From positions 128,001-192,000 of the IMG/VR virus record IMGVR_UViG_3300031998_000008: 64,000 nt of DNA; one strand, 5' to 3'. Below, in pieces: positions 47,388 through 53,274 of this stretch. The notes under the pieces are model-generated. The model did not search any database. It had not been told where the DNA came from and worked only from the letters and a program-made list of their open reading frames with translations. Source of the DNA: a virus. Taxonomy: Duplodnaviria > Caudoviricetes. Position 1 is the first letter of the stretch. Each line of letters begins with the position of its first letter. The position numbers were made by a program, and so were the translations under genes.

Positions 47388-47459
47388 AGTAATCCTACAG
47401 CAACATTTCAACAAAACCTTTGATTGCAATTCAAAACCATGTTAACAAACGGATTACTG
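47388..47459 (+). ncRNA. Split ACAGCA element enclosing an isolated anticodon stem-loop GCA (Cys)
   Basis: AGTAATCC-TACAGCAA...TTTGA-TTGCAAT-TCAAA...GGATTACT-G. Confidence 0.7.
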
Positions 47460-47464
47460 TAAAT

Positions 47465-47536
47465 GCCTCCTTAGTATAACGGTTATTATATCGGCTTTGT
47501 AACCCGAAGATGGCAGTCCGATTCTGCCAGGGGGCT
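47465..47536 (+). tRNA. tRNA-Thr(TGT)
   Basis: TCGGC-TTTGTAA-CCCGA. Confidence 0.85.
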
Positions 47537-47658
47537 CAAAACATTCGAGGGATTGAGGCTTGGTTTCCTATTCTGACCTTTTGACGAATTGTGTTGGAAT
47601 ACGAATAAGGAGCAAGAGGCTTGCATGCACCTGGCTTGCTGTGTAGAGTGTTTTTAAT

Positions 47659-47742
47659 GGGAGCGTAACCGGTAATTGGTAGCCGCACGGACTGTAAATC
47701 CGTTCCCTTTTGGGACTGGTGGTTCGAGTCCACCCGCTCCCA
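47659..47742 (+). tRNA. tRNA-Tyr(GTA)
   Basis: ACGGA-CTGTAAA-TCCGT. Confidence 0.9.
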
Positions 47743-47834
47743 CAACAAGCACAAGTCTTTAGGCCCCCACACACATGGCAGCATAAGACTATATAAGTGG
47801 GAATACAAGCAAGAATTCTAAAGTGTTTGTTAAT

Positions 47835-47905
47835 GCGTTGTTAGTACAACGGCAGTATATTGGCTTCCCAAGCCGAAGATGTCAGTTCGATTCTGATACA
47901 GCGCT
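47835..47905 (+). tRNA. tRNA-Gly(CCC)
   Basis: TTGGC-TTCCCAA-GCCGA. Confidence 0.9.
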
Positions 47906-47913
47906 CATGTTTT

Positions 47914-47995
47914 CGGCTTGTGGTGGAACTGGTAGACACGCATGTCTTAGGAACATGTGCCGAAAGGCGTGTGGGTTCGACTCCCACCTTGCCGA
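47914..47995 (+). tRNA. tRNA-Leu(TAG)
   Basis: CATGT-CTTAGGA-ACATG. Confidence 0.9.
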
Positions 47996-48078
47996 CTGAA
48001 AATATATCAACGAAGCTTTGACTAATGAAGCCATGGATTTTACTGTGAGAAGTCCTATTGTGGACCGTTGATTTTTTA

Positions 48079-48112
48079 GATTATACTTTTTAGTTGATTA
48101 TACTTTTTAGTT
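48079..48112 (+). repeat. 17-nt tandem duplication GATTATACTTTTTAGTT x2
   Basis: Direct inspection. Confidence 0.8.
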
Positions 48113-48121
48113 GAAAATATA

Positions 48122-48213
48122 AGGAAACTTGCAGCAAATTTAATTAGGTTCAATAAATTTAACTTCCAATTAGATTTTAGATGGTTCGAGTCCATTACAA
48201 ACAAGGTTTCCTG
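48122..48213 (+). ncRNA. Split element enclosing an anticodon arm TCC (Gly) + T arm
   Basis: AGGAAACT-TGCAGCAA...ATTTAA-CTTCCAA-TTAGAT..GATGG-TTCGAGT-CCATT...GGTTTCCT-G. Confidence 0.7.
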
Positions 48214-48218
48214 AGTTT

Positions 48219-48292
48219 GGGAGAGTAGCGTAGCTGGTTAGCGCAACGGACTGTTAATCCGTGGGTCGTGGGTTCGATTCCCACCTCTCCCG
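48219..48292 (+). tRNA. tRNA-Asn(GTT)
   Basis: ACGGA-CTGTTAA-TCCGT. Confidence 0.92.
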
Positions 48293-48297
48293 CACAA

Positions 48298-48441
48298 AGT
48301 AAGCTTGCAGCAATAATTCAGTTTATTTTCGCAGATACCGAAGAGATGTCGGTTCGATTCCGGCCCCCCATACAAATTTAACTTTCTTATCATATGGGGG
48401 TAGTTTAATGGTAGAATATTACAAACAACAAAGGCTTACTG
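48298..48441 (+). tRNA. Circularly permuted tRNA (GAT, Ile anticodon) inside a split element
   Basis: 3' half (48326-48372) precedes 5' half (48394-48417); acceptor ATGGGGG/CCCCCAT. Confidence 0.72.
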
Positions 48442-48456
48442 TCAATACAAAGCAAA

Positions 48457-48550
48457 AGAAATCTTACAGCAAATATCAACTTGATTAGTTCGATTCTAAT
48501 ATTAGCCGCCATAAACAGGCTGATTGCAAAGGTGCAGTTAATGATTTCTG
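48457..48550 (+). ncRNA. Split element enclosing a permuted tRNA body lacking an anticodon arm
   Basis: T arm + ATTAGCC-GCCA, then GGCTGAT + D-like hairpin; flanks AGAAATC-TTACAGCAA / GATTTCT-G. Confidence 0.65.
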
Positions 48551-48564
48551 AATGCTTTTTTTAT

Positions 48565-48638
48565 AGGGGTATGGTTGAATTGGTTACAAGTACCGGCCTG
48601 TCACGCCGGTGGTGCGGGTTCGAGTCCCGTTATCCCTG
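48565..48638 (+). tRNA. tRNA-Asp(GTC)
   Basis: CCGGC-CTGTCAC-GCCGG. Confidence 0.9.
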
Positions 48639-48648
48639 CAATAGATAA

Positions 48649-48779
48649 AGGAATTCAACAGCAACTTTTAATTTCGTTTGACTGTAAATCAAAAGGTTAT
48701 TGGTTCGAATCCAGTTGTTGCATTAGAGAAATCGAAGGCGACATAGCTCAATTGGTAGAGTAAGAAAAAGTGATTCCTG
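48649..48779 (+). tRNA. Circularly permuted tRNA-Tyr(GTA) inside a split element
   Basis: TTTGA-CTGTAAA-TCAAA..T arm..TGTTGC, then GGCGACA-TAGCTCAATTGGTAGAG. Confidence 0.78.
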
Positions 48780-48795
48780 TGCATCTATTTTTTAT

Positions 48796-48869
48796 GGGCC
48801 TGTGGTTGAATGGTTTACAATGCCGCCCTGTCACGGCGTGTGGTGCGGGTTCGAATCCCGTCAGGCCCG
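48796..48869 (+). tRNA. tRNA-Asp(GTC)
   Basis: CCGCC-CTGTCAC-GGCGT. Confidence 0.88.
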
Positions 48870-48880
48870 CATAGATTGAA

Positions 48881-49036
48881 AGAAATTTAACAGCAAGAGA
48901 CTTTATGGTAAACACATTTCTCTGCAAAAGAAAGATTGTTGGTTCGAGTCCAACTGTAGCATTGAAGACGGAGCCCTCATTTAGCGAGGTGCGAGTTTTT
49001 GGCTGCATAGTGAAATTGGAAAAAGAATGATTTCTG
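48881..49036 (+). tRNA. Circularly permuted tRNA-Cys(GCA) inside a split element (break in D loop)
   Basis: TGGTAAACAC-A-TTTCT-CTGCAAA-AGAAA..T arm..TGTAGC, then GGCTGCA-TAGTGAAATTGG. Confidence 0.78.
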
Positions 49037-49163
49037 TAAATCTATAACATAGGAAACAAAGGACACACGTACCTTAAACAAGTACGAAAAGTTAGTGCAA
49101 GCCGAATAAAGTCGCCAAGCGTCTCAGGTCGGTAGCATGATAGTGAAATGTAAATTTCTTAAT

Positions 49164-49236
49164 GGGGAGTTCATTTAGCGGTTTAGGATGCAGGTTCGAC
49201 AGACCTGTCACTATGGTTCGATTCCATAACACCCCA
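49164..49236 (+). tRNA. tRNA-Val(GAC), atypical loop
   Basis: CAGGT-TCGACAG-ACCTG. Confidence 0.7.
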
Positions 49237-49240
49237 CAAT

Positions 49241-49592
49241 CGGATGTTGTTGATATTCAAAGAAAAGTCCGTAAGACGAGGGTTCGACTCCCTCCGGGTC
49301 CACCATATTGGGTGCGCCATGTTGAGTACCAACCATACTAGTTATACGGTTCTTATGATTCATGGTACAATACCAAGTAATTTGAAAAACTTGGTTCGGG
49401 TTTAAAATTGGGGTTCAACTCCCTGGCATCCAACAACTTTCAAACATGGGCCCGCTTGGATTTGATTGCGAATGAATACAATGGAAGGAGATATTCGAGA
49501 AGCCAATAAATGGCAATGAAAATTATGCATATGCAGTTGCAGCCTAAGCTAGGTTAGCAAATGCAGGTTGGCAGCGAACCAAATCGCTGCAA
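49241..49592 (+). ncRNA. ssrA: Permuted two-piece tmRNA: acceptor piece ~49241-49305, coding piece 49448-~49592, tag GNENYAYAVAA*
   Basis: GGGCCCG/CGGGTCC-ACCA with G3.U70; T arm GAGGG-TTCGACT-CCCTC; P2 pairing between the pieces; ATAAAT|GGC resume site, tag 49512-49547. Confidence 0.88.
49308..49433 (+). ncRNA. tRNA-like RNA occupying the tmRNA intervening segment
   Basis: TTGGGTGC/GCATCCAA, ACCAAGT/ACTTGGT arm, GGGG-TTCAACT-CCCT. Confidence 0.5.
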
Positions 49593-49594
49593 AT

Positions 49595-49667
49595 GGCGGG
49601 TTCGTATAATAGGTTAGTACGCCACCCTCTCAAGGTGGAAATAGAGGTTCGAACCCACTACTCGCTA
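49595..49667 (+). tRNA. tRNA-Glu(CTC)
   Basis: CCACC-CTCTCAA-GGTGG. Confidence 0.85.
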
Positions 49668-49677
49668 CAAAATACAT

Positions 49678-49749
49678 CGTGCCATCGAATAATGGTTAGT
49701 TCGCTGCCCTTTCACGGCAGTAATACGGGTTCGAGTCCCGTTGGCACGA
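49678..49749 (+). tRNA. tRNA-Glu(TTC)
   Basis: CTGCC-CTTTCAC-GGCAG. Confidence 0.9.
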
Positions 49750-49823
49750 CTCTCGCCGAGTTAGTTTCTAATCCGGAGCGCTTAACGTACACACGTTAGT
49801 AAGTAGGAAACAAGGCGAGTTTT

Positions 49824-49898
49824 CGGCTAGTGGTGTAATTGGTTAGCACGTCACCCTGATAAGGTGAAAGTTTGGTGGTTCGAGTCCACCCTAGCCGA
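49824..49898 (+). tRNA. tRNA-Ile(GAT)
   Basis: TCACC-CTGATAA-GGTGA. Confidence 0.9.
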
Positions 49899-50096
49899 CA
49901 AAATATGCAAAAATTTGTGAAATAATTTATTTTTTTGTATATTTATAAAACAAGAAAGTAGTATTCCTGTCAAGGGCGAAACAATTGATGGGTTAGAGCC
50001 ATACCGTTAGAAACACGGTCATAATGTTAGGGTACAAGTCGGGTAAAACTGACACCAGTCGGAATGACAAGTTAAATTATGGTTCACTTTCTAAAT

Positions 50097-50171
50097 GGGG
50101 CGTTAGCTCAGTCTGGCTAGAGCGGTAGCTTTGCAAGCTTCAGGTCGTGGGTTCGAATCCCACACGCTCCA
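50097..50171 (+). tRNA. tRNA-Ala(TGC)
   Basis: GTAGC-TTTGCAA-GCTTC; G3.U70. Confidence 0.92.
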
Positions 50172-50537
50172 CAAAACATATTCAGGTATAGAAGACGCAA
50201 ATTCTAAGAGACTGCTCTGTGTTTTGGACGATATATGTGTACCAAACCAATGTTCAAGTTGCGTATTGAACTGAGGGCATGTATAATCGAAAAAAAGTGT
50301 CTATGGTGTAAGTGGTGAGCACACCCAATGGAGGGAGGTACGGTTCGAGTCCGTGGATTACTTCAATTTTTTTCTTATTATTTAAAAGGATGAAGTTGGT
50401 AGCGCCACAACGTAATGTAACAAGTCCCTGAAATGGTCATTTCAAACTGTGTTCCTTATCGTAGTTAAGGGAAAGTCTTTTACGGTTTCTATAATGCGAA
50501 AGCCAAAATGTATCAAAGGAAGCAAACCGTTTTATTT

Positions 50538-50664
50538 GGAGGTATAGTTTAGTGGTAGAATGACGTAAAATGAAAATAGCATTTTGGTCATTTAAAAATG
50601 TTAACAGCATATGAGTTCAATGCCTTTCCCGCCGTTGATGTAGGTTCGATTCCTGCTGCCTCCG
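50538..50664 (+). tRNA. tRNA(TTC) with ACAGCA mini-intron 50566-50621
   Basis: Spliced arm GACGGC-CTTTCCC-GCCGTT. Confidence 0.72.
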
Positions 50665-50818
50665 CTATGAGATACCAATAGGTTTACTTAATCATATGTC
50701 AGAAGTACAATGACGTTAGAGTATGGGATTGCCGGAAGCTAACGGTGTGATACATAACTTCGCACAATTGGTAACAATTCATGTTAGTTGCAAATGACAT
50801 GATGCTCATTTTTTTTAT

Positions 50819-50950
50819 TGGCCAGTAGCTCAGTTGGCAGAGCAACGGAATGAAAAGAAAACGCATTTTGGCCTAAAGATGTTAACAGCAATGAAAAATT
50901 TTCGACTGTTAATCCGTGGGCCGCAGGTTCGAGTCCTGCCTGACCAGCCA
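50819..50950 (+). tRNA. tRNA-Asn(GTT) with ACAGCA mini-intron ~50848-50903
   Basis: Spliced arm ACGGA-CTGTTAA-TCCGT, identical to the intact Asn gene at 48219; encoded CCA. Confidence 0.85.
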
Positions 50951-51060
50951 ATATGTCTTGTGTTGGTGCGTAACCATCGGGCACTAAATGTTGAAACAAA
51001 CAGGATTAAGTTCCTCGAAAGCCATTAATCAGTTCAACTCTGATGGGACATATTTTTTAT

Positions 51061-51136
51061 GCATGTATGAAGCAGATTGGATGTGCTACCAGCGTGATAA
51101 GGCTGGGCTATGTTGGTTCGAATCCAACTGCATGCG
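51061..51136 (+). ncRNA. tRNA-Ile-like gene with 8-nt anticodon loop
   Basis: CCAGC-GTGATAAG-GCTGG. Confidence 0.55.
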
Positions 51137-51177
51137 CAAATTACCTGAACACATAGGGTGATTTATCTGTACAGATT

Positions 51178-51331
51178 GGGTGTGTAGACTGAATGGGAAA
51201 ATTGGTATCAAAAGTACATTCGGATATGACTGAAATGCAGATAGGTCATATTGACGGGATGCAACTTGAGAAGATTTGAAGATGCGCCCGGTAAGCTCCG
51301 GGAGATACGGGTTCGAATCCCGTCACACTTA
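51178..51331 (+). ncRNA. Expanded tRNA-like RNA
   Basis: GGGTGTG/CACACTT, CCCGG-TAAGCT-CCGGG, ACGGG-TTCGAAT-CCCGT. Confidence 0.5.
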
Positions 51332-51336
51332 CAATA

Positions 51337-51404
51337 GGAAAACATACAGCAACTTTAATTCAGTTACAATCTTTTAAATTGTGGGACTAAAATTTCGTTT
51401 TCCG
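51337..51404 (+). ncRNA. Split ACAGCA element enclosing an isolated anticodon stem-loop TTT (Lys)
   Basis: GGAAAAC-ATACAGCAA...ACAAT-CTTTTAA-ATTGT...GTTTTCC-G. Confidence 0.72.
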
Positions 51405-51490
51405 TTTAATATATGGTTGGCAAAGATGAGTTAGCTAGCAAACATTACCCCAAAAGTTATTCATACTTAGGTTATAACGCCAATCATTAT

Positions 51491-51572
51491 GGGGAAGTGG
51501 TGGAACTGGTAGACACGTATGCCCAAGGAGCATATGCCGAAAGGCGTGTGGGTTCGACTCCCACCTTCCCTA
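51491..51572 (+). tRNA. tRNA-Leu(AAG)
   Basis: TATGC-CCAAGGA-GCATA; body nearly identical to Leu(TAG) at 47914. Confidence 0.82.
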
Positions 51573-51722
51573 CTTAATATGCCCTGTAGTCAAAGTTGTA
51601 GAACAACTATTACGTATGTCGTTGTTTCTGTAATTTCTGGTGATTTATTTGACCGTACTTTGTTAATACATGTTAATACGAAGTATGAAGGTTCGATTCC
51701 TTTACTGAGGCGCAAGGAGAAA

Positions 51723-51793
51723 GCCTTGTTAGTTTAGTGGTAGAATGATACCCTCGTAAAGTATAGACGATGGTTCGATTCCATCACTTGGCT
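51723..51793 (+). tRNA. tRNA-Thr(CGT)
   Basis: ATACC-CTCGTAA-AGTAT. Confidence 0.75.
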
Positions 51794-51825
51794 CAATATT
51801 TATTAAAGAACAAAAAAGATTATTT

Positions 51826-52086
51826 ATGAAAAAGTTATTTTTAACAATTACTATTGTTTTTGCATTGCTTACAAGTTGCATTGCACAAAATGGAGGAGGA
51901 TTATTCCAAAGGGGTGAAAATCCTGAAAGTGAAAAAACCCAAGTTATTTATAACAGAGAAGGGGGATTTCCTGGTCTTCCGCCACACGGAGAAGAAGGCG
52001 ACCAACCTGCACCTGTAGGCGCAGGAACTGTTTTACTTATTGGCTTTGGTGCTGCTTATGCAATGTACAAGAAAAACAAAAAGTAA
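51826..52086 (+). CDS. Small exported protein with PID/PEP-CTERM-like sorting tail
   Basis: Signal peptide; C-terminal APVGAGTVLLIGFGAAYAMYKKNKK. Confidence 0.6.
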   Translation: MKKLFLTITIVFALLTSCIAQNGGGLFQRGENPESEKTQVIYNREGGFPGLPPHGEEGDQPAPVGAGTVLLIGFGAAYAMYKKNKK

Positions 52087-52384
52087 AGAAAACTCAACGC
52101 TGATGAGTATAAATAAGACAGCCGTACAGCCATCGTGAACGGTAGCAGTACTGGACTAAACTGTTAAAATAAAGGCCCTAAGGGAGAGGTAACGTTACTC
52201 CTTAAAACTAGCGAATTTCAAGTAGATTCATGGGTTATCGAAAGGCTTTAGAAATGTTAAGTAAAAAGACCTTATGCCAGCGATTGACACTCTACACGGG
52301 GAGTGTAGGCCACGAAAAATGTGGTGGTTGAAAAAGTACCAGGGTTCGACTCCTATATCAATCAAGGAAATCCATTTTTCAGAT

Positions 52385-52462
52385 GGTGTCTATAGTGTTA
52401 GTGGTCGAGCACGCAAGTTTGTGGCACTTGTAGCCTCAGTTCGAATCTGAGTAGACACCCCA
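52385..52462 (+). tRNA. tRNA-His(GTG)
   Basis: CAAGT-TTGTGGC-ACTTG; G-1, C73, CCA. Confidence 0.92.
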
Positions 52463-52768
52463 ATAGCAAGTACGGACCACATAGTAGTGTTCAGGGTAAG
52501 CCGTAAAGGTATCAGCTGTAGGGTTACGGTGTAGTCAGGGACCCATGTCCCCCAGCCTGATGAAGGAGTGTTGGTAATTTGCGAATCTCGTAAATTAAAG
52601 GTGAACTGCAACCGATTCCGTGAGGGGCCATAAGATGACAAGCAACAGGAGCGTAAAAGTAGAGAAAAATGTGCAATCTGCATCAAGGTCTAGGTTAGCC
52701 CTCTCCCCATTGCACACTTACCACATAGTGGTTGTTCTCGCCTTGTCTCGTGAATTTACCTTGCTATT
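52462..52768 (+). ncRNA. Unknown ~305-nt structured RNA
   Basis: GC-rich intergenic block closed by AATAGCAAG/CTTGCTATT. Confidence 0.45.
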
Positions 52769-52772
52769 TTAT

Positions 52773-52858
52773 GGAGATGTGGCCGAGTGGTTTAAGGCGG
52801 CTCTCTGCTAAGGAGTTGGGCCCATAAAGCCCCGCAGGTTCGAATCCTGCCATCTCCG
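52773..52858 (+). tRNA. tRNA-Ser(GCT)
   Basis: GCTCT-CTGCTAA-GGAGT. Confidence 0.92.
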
Positions 52859-52988
52859 CAGAACGTGGCCAAAGCACGTTTTTAACACAAAAATTAAAGT
52901 GTTGGAGTATAATAAAGTGAAAATGTGGTCTGCAAGCCCATCGGTAAGCCAACGTGCTTTGAAAGTTCTTTGCCTTTGCAGGGGCAAT

Positions 52989-53061
52989 TTGTTTATGGTG
53001 TAACAGGGAGCATGCCTGTCGTGAAGACAGGAGGAGTCGGGTTCGAGACCCACTGAGCAGC
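52989..53061 (+). ncRNA. tRNA-like gene, identity undetermined
   Basis: CCTGT-CGTGAAG-ACAGG; bulged T stem. Confidence 0.5.
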
Positions 53062-53242
53062 TAAATAATTGAGAGGGAGTTGTCTGTTGAGAATCAAGCT
53101 TACTCAGTGGAAACGGATAGCGGGAAAATGGTTACTACCGAAACTTCATTACGGGGTGTGTGACAAAGGAGTATTAGGTGTATGAAGGAAACTAATACGT
53201 GTATCAATTATTTTTTATTTCAGATTTCACGATGTCAAAAAT

Positions 53243-53273
53243 AAAGGTCGCTGAGTTTTCAACGACCTTTTTT
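53243..53273. terminator. Bidirectional terminator ending the RNA island
   Basis: AAAGGTCG/CGACCTTT + T-run. Confidence 0.75.
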
Positions 53274-53274
53274 G

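Noticed and set aside
49742-49748. Fourth TGGCACG sigma54 site
   Set aside because: It is the acceptor stem of tRNA-Glu and lacks the -12 TTG element
52090-52768. RNase P RNA
   Set aside because: No GAGGAAAGTCC or ACAGAA..CGGCTTA-type conserved regions seen
42176-53053. Many 60-100 aa ORFs in the RNA island
   Set aside because: They overlap tRNA or ncRNA genes and reflect GC-rich stems, not coding signal
41817-53061. tRNA-associated HDV-like (theta) ribozymes
   Set aside because: No nested double pseudoknot could be identified by eye after any tRNA; needs a motif search
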